Assembly (NCBI RefSeq): GCF_006345805.1
Contig: NC_043018.1
Location: 9,300,001-9,364,000 of the forward strand
DNA from: Octopus sinensis
Lineage: Eukaryota
Length of the DNA stretch: 64,000 nucleotides
Direction of reading: 5' to 3'
Position numbers and translations under genes: made by a program. Shown here in pieces: positions 37,231 through 50,254 of this stretch. The notes under the pieces are model-generated. The model was given only the letters and a program-made list of their open reading frames with translations. It ran no database searches and was not told the origin of the DNA. Within the stretch, counting starts at the first letter, position 1, and each line of letters begins with the position of its first letter.

Positions 37231-37344
37231 ATATGTCTTGGGCACATATATATATATATTTTTTTTAACTGAACCGGTTTCAGCTAATGAGCTGTGGCCA
37301 TGCTGGGGCACCGCCATTTAGTGTTGCTACATAACTCTTACTTT

Positions 37345-37570
37345 TTACTAATTCCGTTTGGAACTTGCCATCTGGTGCATAAGGGAGTTCGATCCCGCTG
37401 CCCTCATTTGCATTTCCTGCTGTGAAGTTGGTTCATCTGGGACTCTTGACGGTAAAAGATCTAGTTCCATTTTGAAGACACCTACATCCACCCCATGCAG
37501 GTCTTTCAGGTTCTTCGGAGGGACATTGAAGAGTTGTGGTCCTTTTAAAAGCCCAGGCTACTAGGCTGTT
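37345..37570 (-). mobile_element. CR1/L2-like LINE 3' end
   Basis: Minus strand GFKGPQLFNVPPKNLKDL...F..ELDL.PSRVPDEP...SNSL..Q. Confidence 0.65.
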
Positions 37571-37639
37571 ATTGAACGTTGATATGTTCGCGTTTTCTTT
37601 TTCTTCTTTTTCTCCGGATGTTGCAATACCAGGATTTTA

Positions 37640-37860
37640 ACCTACATGTTTTTTTTTACCTCAATAGACGTCATTGATTGGTTGAAATTGCAGAAATTGA
37701 AGAAAAAAAACAACAAATATCTTACAAACTATAGAATTTTCTCAATAAAGCCAAGAGAAAAATATGTTTTATAAACACATTCTACCAGTATACGAAGTTT
37801 AAAAGTGTTTAGTTAGGTGGAAATTATTTTTAAAAACTGCCGTTCAAACCGAAAAGATCC
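37640..37860. mobile_element. Partial MITE copy (other partial copies at 40472-40711, 42805-42962; diverged end at ~26960-27108)
   Basis: Shared sequence with one TIR. Confidence 0.8.
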
Positions 37861-38566
37861 GAAATTATTTCACAATCGTAATTTCTGTTACATGAAACAC
37901 GGAAATACTTTAAAAAAGATATAACCCCACCCCACCCACGCCCATTTGATTCCTTGTCCGTTTCCTTCCTCGCGAGGAAATGGTAGATATGTTGTTTTTT
38001 TTCAATCTGCGCGGAAAAATATGGAGATTAACAATATGGCAAACAAAAGATTAAATTAATTTCAAATTTTATATGAAAAACTCTAAATTTGATCCACACA
38101 CCCCGTTCATTTTCAGTGAACTGTGGAGATTGTTGCTGCACGTGCACCCTTTTTGCTGGGCGACGAGGGGTGTGTGGATCAAATTTTGAGTTTTTCATAT
38201 GAAATTTTAAATTAATTAATTTTTTGTTTTCCATATTGTTAATCTCCGTATTTTTCGAGGTAGATTGAAAAAAAAAAATTTCGAAAAAAGTTAAAAATTA
38301 AAAAAATTGGGGTGGGATTTAAAATTTTGAAAACGCGACTTTTTGCATATTCGGAATCTCCGTCATCGAAAACCTAGGAATCCACAGAAAAACAAAAAAA
38401 AATTCCCAAGCTCGGTTTGTGTATGTGTGTGGGGTGGGGGGTAAGTGTCGTACAACTCCACCCAGTGGGGAGGGGGCTGTCGTAAAGCTCCACCCATGCA
38501 TACATTTATATTTACATATATCCCCAACTTTAACACCCTGTTACAAAACTGACAAAAAAAAAGTAA

Positions 38567-38983
38567 AGATCTTTTCGGTTTGAACGGCAGTTTTTAACGT
38601 AATTTCTTGGTAACTAAACACTTTTAAACTTCGTATACTGATAGAATGTGTTTATAAAACATCTTTTTCTCTTGGCTTTCTTGAGAAAATTCTGTAGTTT
38701 GTAACATATTTCATCTTTAATTTTTTGCATTTCGGCAATTTTAACCAATCACTGGCGTCTATTTAGTTAAAAAACATTCTGTGCCGGATGAATATGTCCC
38801 TCGTTTAAGAAACAGATTGGGTTTAATTACATTTGTGAAGGAAAAAAAGATACCCTTCCCCCACCCCTAACCCTAACCCTAAAACAGATTGAAATGCAAT
38901 AGATCGATACTAGGGTCATAATTATGGGTGACAATTTCATATGACACCGCTAGAAAAAACTGCCATTCAAACCGAAAAGATCC
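38567..38983. mobile_element. Same MITE family
   Basis: TIRs; perfect 8-bp TSD AAAAGTAA. Confidence 0.92.
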
Positions 38984-39896
38984 AAAAGTAATGTAATATG
39001 TGTAAAATAATGTGTAGTAAACGAATATGAAAAAAAATGCGCGCTGACGAACGGGGAGTGGGAAAGGACTCGGAAAATTCACATCGAAAATTTATCGATC
39101 ACGGAAGGATGAAAGGCAGAGTCGACCCCGGCGGTATTTGAACTCAGAACGTATTTTGTCCGGCGTAGTAACGATTCTGCTAGCTCGCCACCTTATACGA
39201 ACTTAATAACGACAGTTTATCTTATGGAATTCATTATTTTCGAAATTGCTGTGATTTGCAACAGAAATCTGGTAACAAAAGAGTTAAAGTAAGTTTGAAA
39301 GGACAAAAAGAAAAGCGCTGGAGACGTACCTCGATTATTAGATGCGTTCATAGGTAAATCCTTGCATAACAAATAATTTTGATGAGACAGTGTTTAAGAT
39401 ATTAGGTAAGGGTGAATGTCAGCGTGTAAATGAGGAAATGTACTGGCGTGCGTGAACTATGAAAGAGATAAGAGGAGAGAGGTTGTCATGTGTTAGGAAG
39501 TGTGTAAGTGCTATGTGTCAGTAAGGTTGTGTTAGTGATGTATGAGGGGAGGGACAGTGTGTGAGTTTGAATGAGAGGAAGAAGGCAAAGAAAATATGTA
39601 TAAAAATATAGGGGAAATTCCTGGTCTGTCGCGAGCGCATAGTTGAGGAAAGAAAGGATGTGCTATAAGTGAATGCCTATATACATACCATGCAGCACAG
39701 ACTTTGTCAGTGAACAGGTCGCGGATTTTAGCGACGAAAATATTTTGACAAATTAAACTTAAATGTTGAAGTGAATCGAACGGCTTTTGTGTGTTTCTTA
39801 AATGGCTTATAAACATCTTCCCCGCTGCAATTGTTTTCGTTTCAGCACACGATCTCAGATCAAATTACTTGCTATGCGAGTACATCTCCGTAAAAC

Positions 39897-40050
39897 CTAT
39901 ATACATAGTTCATATTATACACGGACATAAGCTAGCTATACATAGTTCATAGTATACACGCACAGAAGCTAGCTATACATAGTTCATAGTATACACGCAC
40001 AGAAGCTAGCTATACATAGTTCATAGTATACACGCACAGAAGCTAGCTAG
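39897..40050. repeat. 37-bp tandem repeat, 4 units
   Basis: CTATACATAGTTCATAGTATACACGCACAGAAGCTAG. Confidence 0.93.
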
Positions 40051-43000
40051 ATTCACAAGTTTTGGTAGACCAGATTTTTGAATCGTCAAAACATTTTAGA
40101 TAATCAGGCGAAAGAACAACGACAAACAGGCTGTCACGTGTACGGAGTATTAAGATAAGAGGTCAATGGCCATAAATCTAGTGAGACTCGAGATCTCCTC
40201 ATGTATCAGTATGTATGTGGGATCATGTACGCGCTCGCTCGCACATTGTATATACTCGTGTGTGTGTGATAATCTTTCGGTTTATGATCACAAAGTGAAA
40301 GTGTGGTACTATTCAGTGGTAAACTACAGCCTGCATTTTGTGGTTGCCAACGATGTCTGGATGCACTCAAACCCTTTAGAATGTCACACCTGGACCAAAA
40401 TGAAAGACAAATATCACACCATGCACGAGATGTGCGGACCACAGAAGACAGCCACTCTAAATACGTTTGTTGGATCTTTTCGGTTTGAACGGCAGTTTTT
40501 TCTAGCGGTGTCATATGAAATTGTCACCCATAATTATGACCCTAGTATCGATCTATTGCATTTCAATCTCTTTTAGGGTTAGGGTTAGTTAGGAGTGGGG
40601 GAAGGGTATCTTTTTTTCTTCAGAAATGTAAATAAACCCAATCTGTTTCTTAAACGAGGGACATATTCATACGGCACAGAATGTTTTTTTTACGTCAGTG
40701 ATTGGTTGAAATTTAGATAATCAGGCGAAAGAACAACTCCTCTCTTTTGCGTGTCCGCGTTCATATTTTCCCGTTCTACAACTCATATTATTCCCTATAC
40801 AGTATTAGTGAATGTTTAGATATAGTGATGATGTCTAAGAGGAATATAACACATCAATAAATTGTTTATTGGTCCTATGTTCCCTTTTCACTTTGGACGC
40901 AAGCAGTGAGAGACGGACCTTTTGTACGGACTTAACCATTTCAGAGGTCACCATTTCTAAACTACCCGTTGCTTTATTTTCTGACTTTAAATTCCTGCGA
41001 CAAAGGTTCATAATACATCTCTGATATCTCTTGAACATAGTCTATTTGTTTTTAAATAGCAATGGGTTATTTTGGCGTCTTTTATTTCCCCACAAAAGTT
41101 CCAGATAATCATTATTTGAATACTATATTTTAAGTGTATTAAATCAGTTGTAGGTCACAAAATTAATTGTATTTATTGGTTTATTTGCCGTATCAATGGC
41201 ATATACTGGAGTTAAGTGCACACTTCTAACAGACTTTGTATTATGGATTCACTGCAAGGCTAACAGTAGAACTTGATCTTCCTGTTATTATAAGACTTAG
41301 TACTGTCGTGTCGCCGTAGTCTGAATGTTTAGATTGTATCAACAAACCTTCTGACTTTCCTTTAACTGTCTCTAGACTACGTGGCGTTATTTTCTATCAG
41401 CGAGTCTGCTAAATGCTTTATGGGTTAGAAATGTCGACCATCACAGTTTAACCGTTCTAATCATCTGTAAAATGCTTGAGATCCGTTTCACTGAGATCTT
41501 GTAACAAAATTGTTCACTTAGAGAATTAATTGGTCTCTTTTATTGAGTGCTCCTTCTTAAGAATATGCTACGGGTTCTTGGTTACTGTTTATGCATATGA
41601 ACAGGACGCTTCAGTTTTTGACCTGCTAACTTAGGCACATAATCAATCTTTGAACAATTATATTTAGAATGAGTCCTTATTTTAAAATTTTATTTCCGTT
41701 CTCTTCTCGTCTTCGTTCCAATTGCCTGAAAAGAAAAGAAGAAAGAAAGATAGAAAGAAAGCTAGAAAGAAAGAAAGAACGAAGGAAAGAAAGAAAGAAA
41801 CGATCAACTCTGCAATCAAGTTTGTTATCTAATTGCAAATTAAACTTCCTGCCTAACTACCATCTTACTCAGCGAAAACAATCTAACAAACGCACACACT
41901 TTCTCTCTCACCCTGAGCACATAGGCACAAAACTAAGAGTAATTGGTCATTTTCTTATACATCACTTACGAAAGTTTCCCTTTTTTTATAGAATTGATCT
42001 GGGTGAAGAAGCTGTACCCATATTTTTGTAGGTACTCGGAGAGCGGTAAGATCGATGCGGGTATACGTTCCTCTTGAACAGTTACAAGTAAAATAGCTGC
42101 GGAAAGAAAAATGATGTGTGGTATCTGGGAAGAACGCAATACGGATGATGAAAAGAGGTAAAAAAAAACCGGGTATATTAGGGGTGGCTGAGTTGAGATG
42201 GCATAAGATCAGCCACCTCAGAGAAGCAGATACGACTGTAGAAGCAGTAAAAGATGGGAGAAAGTACGTCCTTTAGGTTGAGGTTGGGATGGGTTGATGA
42301 GCGACTACAGACTAATCAGTTTCTCATTACATAGTGCTTGCGTGTGTGTGTGTGTGTGTTTGGTGTGCGTGCGTGTTTGTGTGTGCGCGTGTGTTTGTGC
42401 GCACGCGTGTATAGTGAAGGCGCGTAGGTTAGGCGCGTGGTTAGGCAATTCAGCTCATGAGTTCGATTCACGGCGGTGTGTTATGTTCTTGAACAAGACA
42501 CTTTTACTTCACGCTGCTCCATTCAATTCAGTTGAGTTGTACCCGTACTTCAAAGGACCAGCTTTATCACATTCTGTGTCACAGTGAATCTCCATGAGAA
42601 CTGTTTAGAGTACGCGTGTCTGTGGAGTGCTCAACCACTTGCACGCTAATTTCACGAGCAGGCCGTTCCGTTGATTGGATCAAGTGGAACACTCGTCGTC
42701 GCAACCGATGGAGTGCCATTTGTGTGTGTGTGTGTGTGTGTGTGGTAGCAGCAGCATCCCCAACCCAGATATAGGAGTAGTATTCCATTGTGAGTCTTTT
42801 ACTATTTAAGAAACAGATTGGGTTTATTTACATTTGTGAAGAAAAAAGATACCCTTACCCCCACCCCTAACCCTAACCCTAAATCTAAAATAGATTGAAA
42901 TGCAATAGATCGATACTAGGGTCGTAATTATGGGTGACATTTTCATATGACACCGCTAGCGGTGTCATAGAGGAGTAGAGGCCGAAACCGGATGTGGTTC

Positions 43001-43993
43001 CTCCTGATGATGTCTTGGGCTAACTGGATCCTATAAAAGAGCTGTGGTGGTAGCAGACCCCGAAACGCGGTTGTAATTCCTCCTTGAAGTAAATGGATAA
43101 AGCGGTCCTTATAGACTATATTAACTTTATTAGCAATAAAGAAAGGGAGAAATACGAGCTGCTTGCAGAGCTTGTGTGCAGCAGAAATGTGTGCGGGAAA
43201 CTGAACCAGGGGTTGGATTAAATATTGCTGGGGGAGACCCCTAATGTCGACTCTCAATCGTTGGGTCGATCTCTGTACAGTTGATCATATTCCTTTACAT
43301 AGGTACTGATCTTTGGATCGATAGGGAGTGGAGGGGTGGATAAAGAAGCGTCTGATGTTTAGACATTTCCAAAATATATCAACAATGTATGAGAGACGAG
43401 ATATTCTCTACTTGTTGGAATGGGAAAAAAATCCTCTCTTGCGTCTTCCAAACGTTAACTCGGATTTGTTTCGACCCTTTAGAATTGGAATTTTTGAAAC
43501 GTAAAACATTTGCATTATGTAGCTTGTTATTCTCTTTAAGTGAACATTTTTCTGGTTGAAATACACCGAAAAATGGCGACATAGCAGTCAAAGAATCGTA
43601 AAAAATAGGGATTTTCATAGAAAAAAAAAACACCTTTTTGATGTAATAAAATTTTTGGTCTTGAATTTTATCTTCTACGGAATGAAGAGCAAGCCTTCTT
43701 CTATCATACTCAGGGTCTCGGAGGAGATAGTGATAGTTGAAGGCTACAAAACCTGCCACACACACACACACAGACAACTTCAGCTTTATATATATATATG
43801 GCGATGCTTGGATATAGGTACACACGTGACTTTGTTTACATTTCTGAAGATAACAGAAACCCTTTTCTCCCACCTGAACATAGTCCGATTGGAATTTTAT
43901 CTTCTAGGGAAGATAACCCTCCCCCCATATATAAAAAACCCCACTTTCTTGAAATGTATCCGGTACTTCCACCGGTACATATACCGAAGTTAC

Positions 43994-44045
<52 letters not shown>

Positions 44046-44180
44046 AATATACAGCTGAAGTTGTCTGTGTGTGTGGCAGGTTTGGTAGCCTTCACCTAGG
44101 TACACACGATCTATCAGACGCCATGATAGATCGTTAGCCACTACACACATTTTTTTTTCTCTCCTTGTTTTTCTGTGTCC

Positions 44181-44216
44181 CTTTCTGTAGAAGAGCGTAG
44201 GCTCGAAACGTAAAAG
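44181..44216 (+). ncRNA. Hammerhead-like motif with variant core
   Basis: CTTT-CTGTAGA-A-GAGC(GTAG)GCTC-GAAA-CG-TA-AAAG; A6U plus one extra A. Confidence 0.4.
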
Positions 44217-45312
44217 ACTTTTTCTATTCCTTAGCATTATACTAATACATCTATTTGTTTTGTACACCACCTGTCTTCGTCTTTTGTTGCTTTTTTCGTA
44301 AACTCTCCCTATATATATATAGATAGATAGATTTAAATACAAAGTTTGACAAAAGGAGGTTGGGCAAATAGTTATCGTTACCGTACTTCAAAACTTCAAC
44401 ATTAACAACGATAAGAACATTCTAACAAGTATGACAATACCAATAGTAACAAGAACAGCAACTGGAGATTGAACAACATTTATATAATCTCATTAATATT
44501 TATCTCCCAAAGGAGTATAATTAACATTTGAAATCACTCAGTATCTTCACGTTACGCGTCATCTCAGATAACGACAATTAAGATGAAAGCATTCATTTAA
44601 TATGTAAACAACAATTATCACCACCGCCACCGCCGCCACCCATCTACTGCTCACCACCTTCATCATCATCATCGTCATTTCCATTAGCCACCACTTTCGT
44701 TTTTATCTTCCTACAAGCGCCACTAAACATCAGATAATCTAATCCTAGAAACCCTGTGTTTGAATATGTATGTATTTATGTATATATGTATAAATAACCA
44801 GGATACCGGATGGCATTTGAGACTAGGTGTGCACGATCGGAACTGATCTGGGGGCCAAAGAACAACAGCAATAAAAATCAACGGTCAGATGTTCAGAAGA
44901 CAAACAACTAATCACATGTCTCCTAAAGATAAAAAAAAAAAGTTATCAACACTTGATTTTAATTATTTCTTTGAGAGTTTGTTTGTGTGAGGTGAAATGA
45001 CAAAAACAAAATAAGAGAGAGAGAGAGGTCTGACTTCTCTTCACGTCTTTGCTCTTGATATGAAACCTTGTGTTAGAAATGATTATTTCTGAACTGATAT
45101 GTTCGAGTCGTCAAAAGTTACCCGATCAAAGTTGATAATTAGAAGATCAGGAAATGGATCTTTTCTGTTTGTCAACACCTGTGGGAAATTTTGAAATTTG
45201 GTGTAATTAATGTAATTTTCCAGCGTTGTTACCAGTTGTGAAGATATGTCCGAGAAGTAGATTTTTTTATAAATTTTGAAACAATTTGTTTGCCTTTTAA
45301 GGCACGAAATGG

Positions 45313-45363
<51 letters not shown>

Positions 45364-45374
45364 GTACATGTTTA

Positions 45375-45812
45375 AGTACAGCAAATATTCTGCTCAATAC
45401 CACAGATTTGCTTGTCAGTTGTTTGACCTTAACCAGTTGAGCATGTCCCTTAGTGGCTGACGATATGTGCATCTCTGATCACGAGCAGAAGTAGTGGGGG
45501 ATCATCATAGCCATGTGTTGAGAAGGATTCTTTGGGGTTTGAATAATTCACCTCTGGAAACATGGGTGTTTCGTTCAACGTCCTTAAACAACCCTTATTC
45601 GGGGACCTTTTGATAGGGATGGGCTACTCGACCTGAAGAAAATTCTAACTGGGCCCCACCTGCAAGGTCATGTGCTGTTTATCTTGATATGAGATCACCA
45701 TGTCGCGCACATATGGTTGTGATGCATGTGCCTGGTGACCTCTTATCAGACAGGTATACCGGCCTTCGAGTTACTTTGACGGGTATGCACTGCTCTCTCA
45801 CTCAATAATAAT
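45375..45812 (+). mobile_element. Dispersed retroelement 3' end with (AAT)n tail; inverted copy at 57686-58035
   Basis: Two ~350-bp homologous copies in opposite orientation. Confidence 0.7.
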
Positions 45813-46740
45813 TATCTACTAGCTAGATCCGTGAAAAATTCACAGTAAACATAAAAAATGTAAGCATTTGTAAACAGTGTATTGATGCCATGAGAAATGT
45901 TTGTATATTATGACCGTTTGAGTTCAAATTCTGCCGAGATCGACTTTGCCTTTCGTCCTTTTGGTGTCGATAAGTTAAGTATCAGTTATGTATCAGTTAA
46001 TCTAATCAACTGGCCCCCTCCCCACAAAAAATACGAGGAAAGTATACTGTGACAGTTACAGAATATAGAAAGTAATGTAACACCAAAGACTATATAATTG
46101 AACCAAAATATCTCAGTTACACAAACATAAATGGAATAACTATTTAACCTTAAAATGCATCATACATATTCAAAGAACCTTAATGTACAAATTGAAATGC
46201 AAAAGAACGAAATAATAAATGGATTTATGAATGAAAGTTTGGTAATTGCGTTTATTTCCACTTATTATTGCAAACGTGTTTTAACTAACCTAGACTATAC
46301 ACACATACAAATATATTCATGTGTGTGTGTGTTTGTGTGTGTGTCATATTCTGTGTGAGGCTGAATCTCCCTGTGAGTTAATTTTATCCTCGGGTGGTAA
46401 TGAAAGGTAAAATTGACATCCAATATGTGCTGTGTCTATGTATCTATGTATGAACGATTTATGTATTTGTCTCTCTCACTTTCTCTTTCACTTCCATTAT
46501 GCCCCCCCCCTTCTCTCCTGCTTTTGATTTAACAATGTGTATATGTATCTACTCTTGCGATGTGATAAACATTTAAAAATACAAACCGAACGCCGTCACC
46601 ACTCAATGTCTCGTCCACTCTCCCTTTCTCCCTTGTTCTCTTACTTCTCTGTCCTCCTCTCTCTCGCTTTGTCACTTCTTTGAAGTAAGTGTGACGCACA
46701 CAACAGGTACGTACAAAAACAAAAAGTTAGCGTATTAATA

Positions 46741-47128
46741 TCTTTATATATAAAAGTGAAGTTGTGTGTCTGTCTCCTACGATTTAGATTCTTAACTATT
46801 CCCACATTTTGCGGTGCAGTTTAACCAAAACCGGGTATCTTATAGTCGTGATTCATATCGAGCCCTTCTGGGTATTAGCGCGCGTCTACGATGAGTCTAC
46901 GATTTAAACAAAAATTTACCATCATTTTTTTCCATTTTAATGCATTTTTTTCGCCATTGAAGTAACTCTCTAAAAATGTCTACGATGAGTCAACGATTTA
47001 AAAAAAAATTTACCATAATTTTTTTTCCATTTTAATGCATTTTTTTTGCTATTTTTTGGCTATAACTCTCTTAAAATGCTTATATAGTTTCCCTTACAAA
47101 CCCGAGCAACGCCGGGCGATACTGCTAG
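46741..47128 (+). mobile_element. Non-autonomous Helitron
   Basis: A|TC 5' end, 3' hairpin CCCGAGCAACGCCGGG then CTAG|T, no TSD. Confidence 0.8.
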
Positions 47129-47777
47129 TTACTGATATTAATAAAATTGGTTTGGTAAGACTGATGTGTCAGTCTTCTGTGGTCACTACGTCCTCCTCCC
47201 TCAACTCGCCCTACAAAGATTTTAGCGTTCCAATAAATAATAAATAAATGAAAAATATGACGGTGATCGTCTGCTGATATCTGTGTGCTTGTGTGTGCAT
47301 GTAACTATGAGATTGTGTGCTTGCGTGTGTACGCGTAATTGTGTTTGTGTGTGTATGTGTGTGTGTGCGCGCATAACTCTATGAGACTGCGTTTGTGTGT
47401 GTGCGCGTAACGGCATAAGACTACGCGCGTGCGCACCTGTATGAGACTATGTGTGCGCGCACGCGGTAGAATCGTTAGCACGCCGGACGAAGTGCTTAGT
47501 GGTATTTCGTCTGCCGCTACGTTCTGAGTTCAAATTCCGCCGAGGTCGACTTTGCCTTTCATCCAGTTACGCACTGAGGTCAATATAATCGACTTAATCC
47601 GTTTGTCCCCTCTGTGTTTAGCCCCTTGTGGGTAGTAAAGAAATAGTAACTGTATGGGACTATGTGATTGTGTGTGCACATAACTGTATGAAACTGTGTG
47701 CACGTAACTGTACCTGTATGAGACTGTATGTTTGTATGTGCGCCGCGTGACTACGTGAGACTGTGTGTGTGTGTATA

Positions 47778-48209
47778 TCTCTCTCTATATAAACGGCAGT
47801 TTGTCTGTCTGTGTGTCTGTCAGGTTGTACCCTCACCCTGACCACGGCTTTCAACCGATTCTGATGAAACTTGACACACACATAGCCCAATGTCATAATT
47901 CAAAACTAACGCAGCGAAAATTTTGAAAAGTTCCCCCAGTTCTGAAAAAAATCGATAAATTCGACATGGGGTCGAGAATCTAAGCTTTTTATATGCAACA
48001 CATTTTCTGTCTAGGGGGCACAACTCGACCTTTTTATCGCCCAAAGCGACAGCTAGGAACATCGTGTACACAGAAGTATTCGAGTGAAGAGAAGACATTG
48101 CAACCTACACATGCGCCTTCGTTCCCTAGAGGGAAAGGACTAGATTGGGATTAGTCGTTGCCTACTAGGGGATCTTACATACCCGGGCAACGCCGGGCTA
48201 TGCTGCTAG
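47778..48209 (+). mobile_element. Non-autonomous Helitron
   Basis: A|TC start, CCCGGGCAACGCCGGG hairpin, CTAG|T end. Confidence 0.8.
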
Positions 48210-48777
48210 TACGAAATATTAACTGAATGTGTATGTTGGTATCTGAATATTTAATATACAGACTGCATTTGGAATGTCTGCTGATATGTGAGTGTGTGTG
48301 TGTGTGCGAATTGTTATCTGTGTACGCTTGTGTAACAATATCAAACTATAATTGTCAGCTGATATCTGTGTGTGTTTATATAGGTAAACATGTGAGTGTG
48401 TGTACGTAACAATATGTGACTGTGTTAGAGTGTGTATGTGCGTATGTCGTTATCTGTGTATGTTTGTGTAACGACAGGAGATTATGCAACCGTCAGCTGG
48501 CATCCGCTTGGGCGTGGCTTAAAGGTTAGGGTATTCGGCTCAAGATCGTAGGTCGAAAACCAGCGGCGCCTTGTTACACGGTACTCTTCCAGTGCACTCA
48601 GCTGGCAAAAGTGAGTTGTACCGTTGTATCTGTAATTCACAAGGGCCAATCTTGTAAATAAATAAAAATCAAATAATCCATTAAATTGCTTTTTAAGATG
48701 GTGTGTGTGTGTGTGTGTGTGTGTGTAGGCGATTTAAGGAAGATTTAACTGCAATTTGTGACAGATAGAGAAACTAT

Positions 48778-49195
48778 GGATCTTTTCGGTTTGAACGGCA
48801 GTTTTTTCTAGCGGTGTCATATGAAATTGTCACCCATAATTATGACCCTAGTATCGATCTATTGCATTTCAATCTTTTTTAGGGTTAGGGTTAGGGGTGT
48901 GGGGAAGGGTATCTTTTTTCTTCAGAAATGTAAATAAACCCAATCTGTTTCTTAAACGAGGGACATATTCATACGGCACAGAATGCTTTTTAACTAAATA
49001 GACGCCAGTGATTGGTTGAAATTGCAGAAATTGAAGAAAAATAAACAATAAATATCTTACAAACCATAGAATTTTCTCAATAAAGCCAAGAGAAAAAGAT
49101 GTTTTATAAACACATTCTACCAGTATACGAAGTTTAAAAGTGTTTAGTTACGTGGAAATTATTTTAAAAAACTGCCGTTCAAACCGAAAAGATCC
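48778..49195. mobile_element. Same MITE family
   Basis: TIRs; TSD GAAACTAT/GAAACTCT. Confidence 0.92.
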
Positions 49196-49725
49196 GAAAC
49201 TCTTATAGCTCTGCTCCTCATTTCGCTCGCGTTGTATCAGTGTTCTGGGGGTATTTCGCGGGGCAGGGTTTTCTGCGACAATAAACTATGCTTCTCACAT
49301 AACCAGGTGTAATTTTGTTTCGTTAAGCAGGTAATATATGGGAATTACCTGAATACATTCGGTAGTGATACGTAGTACACTGTTGTGTTTTTCTATAGTG
49401 TACTTGGAAATGCTCCATAAAGGTCGAGGGCTCCAGGTAAAAGACTGGCATAATTTCTGATGGATCTAATGTATTACTTGTACATTATTGCTGTCGTCTC
49501 TTTCACTTGGTCATCTCTTTCACCGAATCAATAAGATCTCCTGCTAATTCAAAACAAACTCTGTTATTTTTATATCGTAGAAACGATTCGGTCCCGACAA
49601 CTCAAACCCTCGACATTGCCTCGATTTCTTGAAGGAGTTCGAGAAATCCTTTCGCCGCTAATATCTTTGAGAAAAGCAGGAAGACGATACAGTTTCGTTT
49701 CACGCGAGAATATATTGATTTTGAT

Positions 49726-50003
49726 GGTACTACTTGAGAACAGTGCGCGCACTCGCGTACTCGCGCATCCACGCTAGCCAGTGATGACTAGTCGATCCTT
49801 ACTTTGTGTTTTTGTGTTATTTACTTTGTTTTAAAAAGTATTTACTTCGTGTTTTTGTGTTTTATTTACTTTGTTTAATAAAAAAAAGTATTTATTTTGT
49901 GTTTTATTTACTTTGCTAGGTAGTCGTTGTAGGATCGACTAGTCACGACTAGCTAGCGAGGACGCGAGTGCGCGCACCGGGACCACTGTTCTCAAGTAGT
50001 ACC
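49726..50003. mobile_element. Mutator/foldback-type MITE upstream of the OGG1 ATG
   Basis: Long TIRs starting GGTACTACTTGAGAACAGTG; 9-bp TSD GATTTTGAT/GATTTTTAT. Confidence 0.88.
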
Positions 50004-50171
50004 GATTTTTATGGTGATATTTTTAAAAAGTCATTATTAAAAATCACATTATTATTATAATTATTATTATTGTTATTTTATAGCATATCTAATCACCATA
50101 ACAACCACAGCGGCACATGCTTTATTTTCTGTTTGATGATATAAGCGACTTAAGGTGCGCTGAAGTAAAAC

Positions 50172-50254
50172 ATGGCTAGGCAGTGGCATCGTCTACCTTG
50201 TACTAACCTCGAAGTGCAGTTGGATATTGTTTTAAGTTGCGGACAGTCGTTCAG
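50172..50254 (+). CDS. OGG1: 8-oxoguanine DNA glycosylase/AP lyase exon 1 (MARQWHRLPCTNLEVQLDIVLSCGQSFR)
   Basis: ATG with in-frame TAA 6 nt upstream; LDxVLxxGQSFR motif of OGG1; GTAGTA donor, phase 2. Confidence 0.92.

Noticed and set aside
40830-42290. Possible degraded LINE/Penelope or transposase coding sequence
   Set aside because: No diagnostic motif could be read with confidence without a search
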